Virus record (IMG/VR): IMGVR_UViG_3300045988_176782
Coordinates: 32,001 to 96,000 of that record
Direction: 5' to 3' (one strand)
DNA from: a virus
DNA: 64,000 bases
Within the stretch, counting starts at the first letter, position 1, and the number at the start of each line of letters is the position of its first letter. This document shows, in pieces, positions 1-12,057 of this stretch. The notes under the pieces were generated by a model, which made no database searches, had not been told where the DNA came from, and saw only the letters and a program-made list of their open reading frames with translations. Made by a program: the position numbers and the translations under genes.

Positions 1-1
1 T

Positions 2-298
2 ATTGATTTAATATTATATATTATTCAAGCAGTGAAAGATAAGTATCCAAAACGAGATATTTATCTCTGGACGGGCTTTACGCTTGCAGAATTATCCATT
101 CAATTAACTCTAGAGCAATATACCACTTTAAGCCACAATATAGATTATCTAATTGACGGTCCATATATTGAAGCACAACGCAATATTACTCTACCACTTC
201 GTGGAAGCGAAAATCAAAGAATTTATCATATAAAACATAATTTATTAGAAAATGGAACTGTTAATTACAAATATGAAGATATAACAGAAAAGTTTTAA
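2..298 (+). CDS. nrdG: anaerobic ribonucleotide reductase activase, C-terminal part (5' end upstream of window)
   Basis: Frame is open from the window edge. KRDIYLWTGFTLAEL...YLIDGPYIEAQRNITLPLRGSENQRI parallels E. coli NrdG KDIWVWTGYKLDEL...VLVDGKF...RGSSNQ. Stop TAA 296-298. Confidence 0.75.
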   Translation: MDLILYIIQAVKDKYPKRDIYLWTGFTLAELSIQLTLEQYTTLSHNIDYLIDGPYIEAQRNITLPLRGSENQRIYHIKHNLLENGTVNYKYEDITEKF

Positions 299-306
299 GG
301 AGAAAT

Positions 307-693
307 ATGGATTTACTAAGACAAAAGAAATGCGCAAAAAGTATAATAATTTATGGATATAATCACGAATGCGATGAGGTCATTCTTACTATTGATAAAG
401 CTTTTATTTCATACAATTCTATTAGATTAAGTAATCGTGCGAGCTTAAATCAATTAACTTTTCAATTCGCTTGTTTAACTGCGCAAGATTATGAAATTCT
501 AAAAGCAGCTTGCGAGGAACGACCTTATTGGTCTTTTACTGCTGTGCTTAAAGAAATTTGGAATTCTGTTACAACAGATGAAGAAAGAATTATTGAGCGC
601 AAGTATGGTCCATTTAATAGTATTCAATTAAGTTATGAACTTGACAACGAAACTCCAGCAGCGATATATACTCTAATTTTAAACAACAACTAA
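307..693 (+). CDS. hypothetical protein (128 aa)
   Basis: ATG shortly after AAGGAG. Intact ORF with no TAG, followed by the terminator at 695-722. No motif recognised. Confidence 0.6.
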   Translation: MDLLRQKKCAKSIIIYGYNHECDEVILTIDKAFISYNSIRLSNRASLNQLTFQFACLTAQDYEILKAACEERPYWSFTAVLKEIWNSVTTDEERIIERKYGPFNSIQLSYELDNETPAAIYTLILNNN

Positions 694-694
694 T

Positions 695-722
695 AAGAGG
701 CTTTATGCCTCTTATTTTTTTA
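695..722 (+). terminator. rho-independent terminator
   Basis: Stem AAGAGGC (695-701) / GCCTCTT (707-713), loop TTTAT, then a T-run. Confidence 0.7.
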
Positions 723-730
723 GAAAAAAT

Positions 731-759
731 TTGACAAAAAATATTTTTTAATTTATAAT
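731..759 (+). promoter_or_regulatory. sigma-70-type consensus promoter
   Basis: TTGACA 731-736, 17-nt spacer, TATAAT 754-759, just upstream of the gene starting at 787. Confidence 0.7.
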
Positions 760-786
760 AAGAAAAAAGGTTAGGGAGTAATCAAT

Positions 787-1794
787 ATGGCGCCTGGATG
801 GATTGTGGTTATATGTATTGTTGGATTTTGGATAATATCAACAACGGTTTTTAGTGTTTATTTATTTAAAAGTCTTAAGAAAGATAAACAACTCAAACAA
901 ACAATACAAGAAAAAGAAGAATATCTTGAAAAATTAGATTCTCAAATAAATAGCTTACATTTACAACTTACTGATTTAACTAATAGTTATAATTGTATTT
1001 GTGTAGATAAGCAATATGCTAATGATGAATTGCAACAACTTGTGCAACGATGCGACATACAATAGATTCAATTAAATAATCTTAATTCTACCATTAAAGA
1101 AAAGAAAGATTTTATTGAAAATGGAATTGAGTAGTTAGCCACGGCAAAGCATAATGAATTAAAATTACGCTTAGAAAACGAAACTAAAGAAGCTGACGAA
1201 AAAATTACAAAAGCACGATAGGATTGCGAATTATTAATTGCTAAATATACTTATGCCGCAAAAGACGCAAAAGATTAGTATCTTGCAGTTATAAGTGCGT
1301 TAAATAAAGTTGAAGAAAATTTAGTTAATATAATTAATATTTCTGATGCAGATAAATCAGACATAGAATTATTAACAACTTATGTAATTCCAAAAATTCA
1401 ACATACTGATACAATCTATAAATTGATTTGGTCAGAATATTATCAAACTCCGACAAACGAACTCTTAACAAATATTCTTCCAAATAATGATTGCTCTGGT
1501 ATTTACAAAATTACGAATTTAGAAAATAAAAAATGCTATATTGGCCGCTCCACAAATGTAAAGCGTCGTTTAATTGACCATATTAAAAGTTCTATTGGAA
1601 TCGGTACTATAGCAAATCAAAAAATACACGATGTAATGCGAGAAGAAGGGTTATGGAATTTCTCTTTTGAGCTTCTTGAAGAATGTGCAAAAGACCAATT
1701 AGGCGATAGAGAAAAATATTATATTGACTTCTTCCAGTCTAACCAGCCGCAATTTGGATATAATGTTGTGTCTGGTAGCGCATTTAAGGGGTAA
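787..1794 (+). CDS. membrane-anchored coiled-coil protein with C-terminal T5orf172/GIY-YIG-like nuclease domain (335 aa, 4 in-frame TAG)
   Basis: One frame joins ORF-track 787-1065 and 1423-1794 through TAG at 1063, 1132, 1219 and 1276, with no TAA/TGA. N-terminal TM helix, then coiled coil, then SGIYKITNLENKKCYIGRSTNVKRRLIDH (T5orf172-type GIY-YIG motif). Confidence 0.7.
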
Positions 1795-1796
1795 CA

Positions 1797-2213
1797 ATGC
1801 TTATACAACAATCAAAACCAGCAGAAAAAGATACCCAACTTTATATTAATGGAAACAATATTTCGTACTTTATTTCAGAACGCGGAGAAGGAAAAACCGC
1901 GGAAACTTTACGGCAAGCCATTTATCGTGGAAATGTTATTGTTGCACCTTGGGAAAAACCTTATGAACAATACGGTTTTAATAGATTTTGCGATAACGTA
2001 GTAAAACGAGACTATAAAATTACTTATTTAACACTTCATCAAATGGAAAAAATAAATGAAGAGGGCTTAGAAGAAAAATACAGTGAAAACCACCCTTTAG
2101 AAGTTTGTGTTGATGAAGGTCGTATTTTACTTCAAGAACTTTTACGAGAAAAAATTGGTGTGCCAGTTAAAGTTAATTTTATGGCTTTAGACACAGGAGA
2201 TATTGATACATGA
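1797..2213 (+). CDS. hypothetical protein (138 aa)
   Basis: ATG 2 nt after the previous stop. Intact ORF in an operon-like array. Confidence 0.55.
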   Translation: MLIQQSKPAEKDTQLYINGNNISYFISERGEGKTAETLRQAIYRGNVIVAPWEKPYEQYGFNRFCDNVVKRDYKITYLTLHQMEKINEEGLEEKYSENHPLEVCVDEGRILLQELLREKIGVPVKVNFMALDTGDIDT

Positions 2214-2518
2214 ATGAAACTGATTTTCAGAATTTACCTGAAATTACTGTCGCAGAAGCTACAGAAAAAGGATTAACCTCTATTGTGAATGCTGAGGATG
2301 CCGCGCCACCTCCTGATGTGTGGGTTCCCAATCGTGCAGAACGAAGGGCAATGAAGAAAAATTCTAAGAAAGCAATTAATAATATGCTTGCAGGAAATAA
2401 GTTTGCTCGCGGTTCAGCATTAGTGGATAAGAATACACGACAAGAACTTTATAAGGCCGCGTATGATAAATTAAAGGATTTTAAAACTGAAGAATATAGA
2501 CATCAAGCGAAAGGATAA
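2210..2518 (+). CDS. hypothetical protein (102 aa)
   Basis: ATGA start/stop overlap with the upstream gene. Intact ORF. Confidence 0.55.
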   Translation: MNETDFQNLPEITVAEATEKGLTSIVNAEDAAPPPDVWVPNRAERRAMKKNSKKAINNMLAGNKFARGSALVDKNTRQELYKAAYDKLKDFKTEEYRHQAKG

Positions 2519-2527
2519 GATAAGATT

Positions 2528-2743
2528 ATGGTAGGAGTATCTGAACTAATTAAGGAAACTAAGACTTGGCGTGTTGAACATGAAGAAGATGCAATTGAAT
2601 TAATTAATGATTGGAAAGAAAATGCTGTTGATGGTGGCTATATTGTTAAAAAGTCTGGTTATGTGATTAAACAAAAGAAGTCAAAGGGCGAGATAGTTAG
2701 TGAATATTTTCTCGTGACCGTAGAAGTAAGTTATGAACTATGA
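2528..2743 (+). CDS. hypothetical protein (71 aa)
   Basis: Intact ORF 9 nt after the previous stop. Confidence 0.5.
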   Translation: MVGVSELIKETKTWRVEHEEDAIELINDWKENAVDGGYIVKKSGYVIKQKKSKGEIVSEYFLVTVEVSYEL

Positions 2744-2753
2744 GGTATAAAAC

Positions 2754-4802
2754 ATGGATGAATTAGTTGCAATGATTGAACAATTACTTCAACTTGAAGA
2801 TTCAGTATTTAATGCTTCTCGTGAATTAATTGAAAAACGTATTCTTGAATCTCTTAGCGGCCCAGAAGGTGAGAAAGCAATTCACGCTACTGCGAATGTT
2901 TTCCGTCAAGAAGGATACAGCCGTATGGAAACTGTTCAAGCTTTAGAAACATTAAAAGAGAATTATGCTAATTTATTAGACTCTTTTAAAGGAAAAACCG
3001 AAAGCGAAGAAAAGAAGAAGTTTTTGGACAATCTAAAAGCCTCTTCGGTAGCATATTTTAATGCAGTTCTTCCCGTTTATGAAGCAGAACATCCCACAAT
3101 TTCTATTCAACTTCTGCGAGAAAGTGCAAAAGTCCCAACCTACGCGCATCATGGTGACCAAGGTTGCGATATTTACGCCGTAGAAGATACAATAGTAAAA
3201 CCGCGTACTTATGGTAATTTAATTCACACAGGAATTAAATTAAATATTCCACAAGGATGGGCCGTGGCGATTCGTCCTCGTTCAGGAATGAGTAAAAAAA
3301 CTCCTCTACGCTTGAGCAATTGCGTAGCAACCATAAACTAAAAAGGTTAAAAATAATGGCAAATTATTTACAAGGCTTAGATGATTTTATTCTTCAATAT
3401 TATCAAACTCTAAATACAAAACAAATCGCAGAAGCTTTCTCTTGTGACCCTGGAACAGTAAGAAAACATAAACAAAAATTAGGTATTTCTACTGAGCAGG
3501 AAAGAATTAAAAAATTACGAGAACAAACAGAATATATTTGTTCTCAATATGGAAAAAAGACAAGCACTGTATTAAGTAAAGAATTATCTTGTTCTACTTC
3601 TTTTATCTTTAAGATTTGGACAGAAAATCACTTGAGCGGGTCTATTTCAACAATATATTATTCTGATGAACAGCAATTTGAAACTATAGACACTCCTGAA
3701 AAAGCTTACTGGATTGGCTATATTGCTGCAGATGGTTGTTTATATGATAGACAAGGGCACCAGTCTTTACTTTCTTTATCAGTAGAGCAAACAGACGAAG
3801 AACTACTTCTAAACTTTAAAGAATTTTTACATAGCGAAAAACCCATAAAAACAGTTAAAGACGCTCGCAGAAATACTTATATGAGCTCATTGCAAATTAC
3901 AAGCAATAAAATAGGCAATGACTTAAAAAATATTGGAATTATTCCACAAAAAACTTGGGCAATTGATTTAAATGCAGTATTATCTCATATTCCAAATAAA
4001 TATTTCAGTGCATTTTTATTAGGATATATGGATGGTGATGGCAGTATTACTCGCGTTAATACTTCCAATACAATTTCTAAATGCCGAATCGCTATTGTTG
4101 GTCCAACAAGTTCTATGCAAGTTATTGCAAAGAAACTAACTGAATGGGGCATTGATGCTCATATAAATGAATTAAAAAGAGAGAAATATTCTAACTCTTT
4201 TAGCGAATTAAGTTTAACAAATAGTTCTGAAAAATATTGTTTTTTAAAATTGCTTTATACATACAACATTCCTTGTTTAAAACGAAAACAAGAAAGAGCG
4301 AATGAATTAATGCGAAGAATAAAAGAAAATGTTACTAATCGCGCGGAAAATAAAGAAGCCATTAAAAAGTATCAATCTGTGGTTGTAAAATGGGAAGAAT
4401 TGCTGGAAGCCTGAAATGGTAATCAGCAGCCGAGCCTAAAGCGTCAATAAATAACTTTAGGAAGGTTCAACGACTAACTGGTGAGTTAAGACAAACAATA
4501 ATCCAGACACGAGCATCCCACATCGTAAGATGATGATATAGTCTGAACAATAGAGAATAATAATCTATTGAAGTAAAAATTAAATGTTTTTACGATAACA
4601 TAATTGAGATAGCGGCTATCGCGGAGAAATTTGTGTGCTCTTTGATAATTTTTCTGATGAAGAAATAACAATACATCAAGGAGACCGAATTGCACAATTT
4701 ATTTTAGAAAAATGTTATAATGCTGATTTTGAACAAGTTACTGAAATTGCAGAAGATGAAACCGAACGTGGTTCAGGCGGTTTTGGGAGCTCAGGAAACT
4801 AA
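2754..4802 (+). CDS. dut: dUTPase with N-terminal extension, split by a group I intron: join(2754..3334,4607..4802), 258 aa
   Basis: Exon 1 ends ...YAHHGDQGCDIYA...IRPRSGMSKKTPLRLSNCVATI. Exon 2 reads DSGYRGEICVLF...GDRIAQFI...RGSGGFGSSGN*. Together they restore the dUTPase motifs (RSG, IDxxYRGE, GDRIAQ, RGxGGFGSxG). An in-frame TGA sits directly upstream of exon 2. Confidence 0.8.
3335..4606 (+). mobile_element. group I intron (1,272 nt) carrying a LAGLIDADG endonuclease
   Basis: On the + strand, in order: P AATTGCTGGAAG 4398-4409, Q AATCAGCAGC 4421-4430, R GTTCAACGACTA 4465-4476, S GATGATATAGTC 4532-4543. The 3' end is ...CGATAACATAATTG (omega-G 4606). Boundaries are fixed by dUTPase motif continuity, +-3 nt. 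Confidence 0.8.
3356..4414 (+). CDS. LAGLIDADG homing endonuclease (352 aa), intron-encoded
   Basis: Two LAGLIDADG motifs: YWIGYIAADGC and LLGYMDGDGSI. ATG 3356 follows AAAAGG. The ORF-track start at 3320 (TTG) lies in exon sequence. Confidence 0.85.
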   Translation: MANYLQGLDDFILQYYQTLNTKQIAEAFSCDPGTVRKHKQKLGISTEQERIKKLREQTEYICSQYGKKTSTVLSKELSCSTSFIFKIWTENHLSGSISTIYYSDEQQFETIDTPEKAYWIGYIAADGCLYDRQGHQSLLSLSVEQTDEELLLNFKEFLHSEKPIKTVKDARRNTYMSSLQITSNKIGNDLKNIGIIPQKTWAIDLNAVLSHIPNKYFSAFLLGYMDGDGSITRVNTSNTISKCRIAIVGPTSSMQVIAKKLTEWGIDAHINELKREKYSNSFSELSLTNSSEKYCFLKLLYTYNIPCLKRKQERANELMRRIKENVTNRAENKEAIKKYQSVVVKWEELLEA

Positions 4803-5530
4803 TGGCAATTAATATTTATACCGTCCAAAGCGATGCTATGGCTAATGGTTGGATTGTTTTGGACGAAGAATATAAAAATCTTAAAACCCCTATGAAGTGG
4901 TAGTGTCCGAAAGGGCATATCACTTCATAGACTTATGAAGATTGGAGAAAAAAACATCGGTGCGTAGAATGTGAAGAAGGCGGTTTATTTATTGCAAGAA
5001 ATAAGATTCTCCCACCAACTTCAGGCGTTTATCGTGTTTTATCTCTTGATGCTGCAACAGGAACAACAGGATGGTCAATTTTTGATAATAAGAAATTAAC
5101 TTCTTATGGAACCTTTTCAACAAATTCAGAACATTCAGCGACTGAGCGCATTAATGAAGTTAAAAAATGGTTAGCAAATAATTTAAAAATTTGGCAACCC
5201 AATGGCGTTGGAGTTGAGAATATTTAGTATCAACAACAACGTGGAGTCAAAACTTTTCAAACTTTAGCCAATCTCCAAGGCGTTTTAGTAGATTTTTTAT
5301 ATGAAAATGGATACAACTATTTACTTGCAGGTTCCTCCACTTGGCGCTCATATGTTGGTTTAAATCACGGCGATAAGCGAGAAACTGCAAAACAAGCAAC
5401 TCAAAATTGGATTTTATCACAATACAATATTTCAGCAACTCAAGATGAAGCTGATGCAATAGCGATGGGAGTTTATTTTTCTCATCAATTATATGATAAA
5501 AAGAAAATTACCTGGGGCGAAGAAATTTAA
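4802..5530 (+). CDS. RuvC-like Holliday junction resolvase with N-terminal zinc-ribbon-like segment (242 aa, 3 in-frame TAG)
   Basis: ATG overlaps the dut stop (TAATG). TAG at 4901, 4928 and 5225. VLSLDAATGTTGWSIFD ... GVENI-TAG-YQQQRGV ... QDEADAIAMG is the phage RuvC-type catalytic D/E/D pattern. Stop TAA 5528-5530. Confidence 0.7.
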
Positions 5531-5908
5531 ATGAAGATTACTTTGTATAATTTAATGCAATCAATGCCAATTTTCCAAAAGTTAGTCATCCAACCTTTCC
5601 CAGCTAAACAGGCTTTTTTATTAGCACGTTTAACAAAAAAGTTAGACGAGGAAATGACTAACTTCAATGATTGTCGCCGCGAACTTATTTTAAAGTATGC
5701 ACAAAAAGACGTAAATGGCGAAGCAATTTTTGAGAATGATTCTGTTAAATTAATGGAAGGCAAGGAAGCAGATTTTCAAAAGGAAAGTATTGATTTACTA
5801 AACACTGAAATTGAATTAGCCATTACTCCTATTAAGTTAGATTGGTTAGAAAATGCAACTTTAACTCCTCAAGAAATGGCAACTATTGAACCTTTTATTG
5901 AAGAATAA
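5531..5908 (+). CDS. hypothetical protein (125 aa)
   Basis: ATG immediately after the previous stop. Intact ORF, last gene before the convergent terminator. Confidence 0.55.
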   Translation: MKITLYNLMQSMPIFQKLVIQPFPAKQAFLLARLTKKLDEEMTNFNDCRRELILKYAQKDVNGEAIFENDSVKLMEGKEADFQKESIDLLNTEIELAITPIKLDWLENATLTPQEMATIEPFIEE

Positions 5909-5916
5909 AAAAATAA

Positions 5917-5947
5917 AGAGGGTAGCAGAAATGCTACCCTCTTTTTT
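5917..5947. terminator. bidirectional rho-independent terminator between convergent operons
   Basis: Stem AGAGGGTAGCA / TGCTACCCTCT with a GAAA loop, A-run upstream and T-run downstream. It abuts the stop of the - strand fibre gene (TAA 5946-5948). Confidence 0.75.
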
Positions 5948-8900
5948 ATGCTTCAACTAATTTTACAGTTTTTCCTTTACTTGTGATTGTCCCATCATAA
6001 TATAAGACAAATTCTGCTTGACTTGCATCTTGGCTACCAGCCATTAATACAACATCTTTAGCGTTCTTTGCGGTGCCGTTTAGGCATACATAACCTTCAC
6101 CGCTACCAATGGTTAATTTTCCCGTTAAATGTAAATTACCATTCTAATCAGTGTATAATGTTTTCTATTTACTCGTATTATACATCGCTAAACCATACTA
6201 AGAATTAGCATCAGTAGTTCCAGTGTAATGGCGGCCTAATTGGACTAAACGATTACCAGACTAATCATAGACTTCAAAACCATTTTCACTTGTAATACGA
6301 ACAGAATTATTTTGCGCGCCAATCCTTAATCCATTCCAATCTAAGGAAAGTAATTCTGTTCCCTTTTTCTGGAATAATAAGCCATTCTCATTGAATCTTA
6401 CGAAAGTTGTAGTATCAATATTTAAAGCATTATTAGTAGAGCTAACAGTAGTATCATCGCCAAAGGCATACAAGCCACTTTCATTCCATTGGAAACGAGT
6501 TTGATCACCGCTAAGAATACGAATAAATTTAGTATCAATTTGACCTGCGGTAATAAGCGAGGCGTTAATGCCTTTTGGTGTAATGCCCGTACTCCAAATT
6601 CGTTCGCCTTCTGCGTCAACAGAGTCAGAACAGAAGATGCCACCACCAATTAACTTAATCTAACCATAAACTCCATTGCGATAAGAGCTTTCATTGGTAA
6701 TAATCATACCGCCAGATTTATCTAAGGTAAGAGTGTTATTACCAAATTCAAAGTGCGCATTTGTGTTATCTAAAGTTTGTTGTAGTGTTTCTTGCGCAAT
6801 TTCGCCATTAGAAGTAAATGCCTATGCCGCAATATTATATTGAGTTTGATTTTGCTTCATTGCTTCATTTTGAGCAGAAATTGAAGAAAACAAATCTTCA
6901 AATTTTGTCTTATAATTAGCAATAGTGATTGTATCTTTAGAGGGCTAATCTAATTGATATTTTATGCCAGAAACATAACCACGCTCACGTTCAGCATCAA
7001 TTGTCCAGTCACAAACATAAACAAGTTGGCCAAGTTCAATATGTTCCATTTCGTCAGGAATATTTCCTATTTCAACTTCATAAGAATATTTAGGCTTGGA
7101 ATTATCCTTTGCAACTTGCCGCGCATCCAAATATAGCATCTCATTCGCACGAGAAACCTAATAAATAATATTATAATCAAAATCAAGAATATATTTAATT
7201 AGATTATTGTTTGTAACTTTTAAAGTAATATATGGTCGCCCTTCACGAAGCATAATTTGGTAATCTTCGTATTTAATTAAATCAGGATTATTTTCTACTT
7301 CGCCTTCAGCATTAATAGTATGCGTAGCATTACAATGAACAACTAAATTATCAGAATTATAATTAACATTTCTATAATCTAATTTAACTCGTGGATAAAC
7401 AATAGGATATTGAGTTATGTCATTAGAGGTAATTGTTAATTTTGGGTTATATTGTCGTACTGCTGTTGCGGACGCAGCATAAGATACTTGAGTGTAATTC
7501 TCATAATTAATGTCTGTAGCATTAAGTAATGCAACTGGAATAATATGAGGATTATCTTTATCCTTACTTGTATTTAAGAAAGAGAAAATGAAACCGCCAT
7601 TATTATAAAGACTTCTTACGCCTAAAAATTGTTGTAAGCCTGCAAAACGAGAGGTAATGTCGATTGCCAAAGAAGAAGCTTCCTCTTTAGATAACCATAA
7701 AATAGGTCGTAATGTTGTATTTGTGGGAGTATTATAATATAATAAAACTTTTCTAATATAACCAAAAATAGGAGTATTGTCTACAACGCCAGTATCACCT
7801 GGGTCTAATTTTAAATATAAATGCGAACCTTTAGGCAAAGTATCCGGAAGATTAAAATAGAAGAAATCAGAGTTATAACAAATTCTATATTGCTGAGTTT
7901 TTGTTAATCCAGATTCTTCCGTAATCTCTGCGCTAAATTCAGGATGCTCAAGTTCAATAACAAATTCTTCAACATTATCTAAAGCGTTAGACTGATATAA
8001 TTCTGAAAGATCAATATAAGGGTAATATTTATTTTCGTATTTTACCGCAGTTTCTGTATTAGCAATTACATAATAATTCTTCTATTCGTCCTCAAATAAT
8101 TTATCATCAAAAATATAATAAGTATTTGTTTCAGGATGACTATTCTCTCTTGAAAATACAGTATTAATGCCTTGGCCTGGATCTTCATAATCTTCTGCTT
8201 GCCAATATCCTTCACGAACCGCGGGGCCAAGTAAGCGTTCAAATTGGTAATTTAAATCTTCTTTTTCTTTCTATAATTCTTCACGAGCAAGAGTATTATT
8301 TTGTATCTATTGATTTAAACCGCATTTGGTAATGTTTGGATCTTCGTGGTCAATCTTTTCTTCAAGAAGTTTAATGGCATCTTCTTTTTCCACAATTGTT
8401 GCTTCAAAGCGCGTGCAAATTGCTGCATATTTATTCTTTGGCCAATAAGATAGTTTGAAATACACAATGGCGCCAGTTGAAAAATTATCAAAACCAGTTT
8501 GACTATTCTCTAAAGAAGTATAAACTGTGCTTGGGAAACCATCTTCATCAGTCATAATAAACCAATCATTAGGTAAAGAAGCGGCTTGCCCTGGAGAAGA
8601 TTTTACAAAATAAGGCGCCGGTATATTAGGGTCTGTGCTACCATATTTAAATAAACATTTTTTGCCTTTAGAAGGATTGTGTTCGTAGGCAGAATTGTTA
8701 TAGCATTCAATCGTAGAAGCATCAATACCAGTAACTCTAAATGTACCTTGGTTTATATTTGAAGCTGTTTGTGGAACAAGCGTAACAGAATAAGAGTTAT
8801 GCTCATCTTTTACAACGGGCTGTTTATAAGTATCATTATCGCGTAAAGTTTGATAATTGCCTAATTGCTCTTGTGCGCTTGCTAATTCCGCTTTTGCAGT

Positions 8901-10346
8901 AGCCAATTCTGCTTGAGTGTCATTTAAGGAAATAGTTAAATCATTATAATCTTGCTCTAATTTAATATACGCGCGATTGATGATATTTAACTATGTTTTA
9001 TAAGTATGTTCAATCCAATCATATTGTTCATCAGTGACTGAACCAATAGAATGAAGATAATCAAAGTTAAGAATAAATTCATCCAGTAAAGGATTACTTG
9101 GTGTATCCGCAATACTAACATAACCAGTATCAGAAATTTCAGACTGTAAAGGAGTTACATACAATTTCGTATAAATTTCACTGCTATCAATAGTGCGGCT
9201 AATAGACTGCAAATTATGTTGATAATTAATCGTATATGGGTCATCAGTTTTAATCGCGCGATTATAAAATACAACTCGTTTGCCTGTCCAAACGCGGCCA
9301 ATCTCATCCCAATAGGTGCCACGAAAATAGCCGTGGTCATCTACTTCATACTCATAAGTACAAAATACGCCAAAAGCTTCTGCAATGTCTTGGGTAATAT
9401 TATATTTATTGCTATTAGAACAATTTACATAACGCGCTTTTTCTTCAAAAGAGGTTACTTTTGTGGGTACTAATTGTTCATATAAAACTTTGTCATTTTT
9501 ATCTTTTACTGGCCAAGTAATCCAATTGGTAACATAAGCATCTTCGTAAATAGTTTCTTCATCACGAATTTGATACAACTATCTACTTGAGCCAGAATTA
9601 ATAACTAACCAATTTTTATCCTTATTATTTAATGTTTCTGCCGCGCCGCGTGCATTATAAAAACTACATCCATCTAATTGTGCGGCCATACCACCGTCAA
9701 TAAGGAAGTCACTTACATCCTAAAAATAACCGCGCCAGTCCATACGGATTTCATAACTCCAAGGAGTAAGCCAACGAATGACATTACCAGCTTCATCGCG
9801 GATATTCGGAAACACTTTATCTAGCCAATAATTAATATTGGCGACAGTATCACTATCTTTAGCAAAATCAATTTCTAATGTGTCTGCGGTTAGTTCAAGT
9901 TTATAACCAATTTTACCCAATTCGGCAAAAGCCAATCCATTACCAGTGACTTCTTTATAAACTCCAAAACTATTATCACGCCGATTTACAATTTTATCAA
10001 TAATGAAAGGAAAAACTTTTGTAATATAACCATCTTCAACAGAATCATCAGCGAATTGAATACTAACTTTTAATACTCGTGTATTTTCTGCTAATATTCC
10101 AGTTTCAATGTCTTTCCATCTTGGATTAGTAATTCGTTCATTAGGAACTTCACTAATGAAATATTTTGGAATTTTTAATGTTAAGGTCTGCGTTCCATCA
10201 TCCTTTATCTCCATCGCCGGTTCTACGACTTGACCCAAATAGTGGTCGTCATAGGACTACAAGTTTCCGATAAAATTGTCTTGTAGTCCATAGACGTCAA
10301 TCTTATATGGGCGGGATTTTTGAGATAGATTAAATTTAACGCTCAA
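5946..10346 (-). CDS. tail fibre / tail-associated (Tal-like) host-recognition protein, 1,466 aa, 15 in-frame TAG
   Basis: Single frame from TTG 10346 (6 nt after GGAGGG, with an in-frame TAA directly upstream) to TAA 5946-5948. I walked every gap between the ORF-track pieces and found only TAG, never TAA/TGA. It is the last gene of the tail module, after Dit. Confidence 0.7.
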
Positions 10347-10368
10347 TTAAATCCCTCCAATACTCTTT

Positions 10369-12051
10369 TTAAATGTAAGTATATTTATATTTTAATGTAG
10401 CGGTTTCAACAGTAAAAGTAGAATTACCTTTTTTAAAAATTAGATAATGGAAGGAATTGATTTTTCCTGTTTTTTTATCTAATGTGTCTCCACCATCTAA
10501 CATTAAGTAAGGGGACAAAGCCATATTACTGCAATTTTCTTTGATAGATGTTAAACATTGTAAGCCGCCAAGTAGGTCATTATTATATTTATAATCTACA
10601 GTACAAACTCCAAGTTCGCTATCAAAAGTTAAAGTATAATCATAAAAAGAATTAGTTAGAAATGTTTCATCCGTGAAATCATCAGATTTACGATTCGTAT
10701 TTGGACTTTCTCTACCATTGTAATCCGCAAACATACACAACATAATAACATTAAAGAAACCAAACCAATTTACTTCAATCTAAGCATTATTTCCAACTGG
10801 TCCAGTATAAATCTTAATCTTATTATTTGTAAAAGTATTAGTCCCTTCATTCTCATCTACTGTTTCACTTTCTGGAATGTAAAGTTGAGGGGATTTTTGC
10901 TTGCCATCATAACTCATAATAGTTTGAATTGCATTGGCGGCCCAACTTAATACTTTGCCATTAACAAGTTCTTCCCTTAATCTTTCTTCTAATGATACTG
11001 CGGCAGTAATTTCTTCTTGCTCATAGTAATCGTGTGCAATTTTTATTGCTTTATTTACTTGTTCAAAAGTTTCAGGCAAAGAAAATTTAAAGGTCTAACT
11101 TAATTGTTGGTTAGCTAAATCCCCTGTTGAAGAAGCTAATACAGAATAAGTTGTACCAATAACATTATATGGAGGTTCGGCAAATAAACTGCCAGATAAT
11201 TCCGCGGCGGTATTGTATTCATCATTTATTTCATTAAAATAAATCGGCTCGCAATTAGCAGATAACTATGGTAGCAATTCACTATTAACGGCGTGTCGCA
11301 AAGAAAAGCGAAGCACGGATTCACTATTATAAGTAGAAGGATTATAATAACGAAAAGAGCTACATTGAGTAAAAATGATGTCTTTAAAAGTGCCTTTCTG
11401 ATTAATTAACTAATTTGCGCCAATACAACAGTCCCCAATACCAGACCAACTATCTCGTGCAGGAATATTACTATGATACATCATACGAAGTGCAGCCTAT
11501 TGATTATCATTTGTTTTTGCAGTAGCTAAGTCTTTTATCGTGCTATCTAAAACGTGCTAGAAAGCGAACTAAAAAGGCTTATCCTAAATTAAGGTTAGCT
11601 TACATTCACCTTTATAAATTCTTGTTTTAAGTGGAATACCAGCAATAGTATCTTCCGTAAGAAAAGGAATAAAGGTAAAATTAACTACACTTTCAATTCT
11701 AACATAACAATAGCGGTCCCACCAAGTATCCTCATAAAATTGCCCATAATATCCTGGTCGGAAGAGCCGCTTAAATTCACTAAATTGCTGTTCTGTCATA
11801 CCATCTGTTGCTAGATTGTATGTATATTTTTTTGTCTTAATTGCTGTTCCCCAATAATATTGTCCCATAACGCCATTAATGGTTGATGTTTCATCTTCAA
11901 ATTCCGGTGAACCATCAAAAGAGTACCGGTCGCTACTTGTTGTAGCGACCAGTCCAAATTCACTAATGTGATGGCCATTGAAACTAAAATCAATGAACTC
12001 TTTTTCCCAAGGCATTAGGTTTTTAGTAAGTTCTTCAACCTAAATACCCAT
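10369..12051 (-). CDS. distal tail protein (Dit) with C-terminal extension, ~560 aa, 8-9 in-frame TAG
   Basis: Start is ATG 12051 (GGAGG 9 nt upstream) or ATG 12015. ...FIDFSFNGHHISEFGLV... is the siphophage Dit N-terminal signature. TAG at 10780, 11095, 11266, 11410, 11497, 11557, 11569 and 11584, checked codon by codon. Stop TAA 10369-10371. Confidence 0.7.
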
Positions 12052-12057
12052 AATCCT

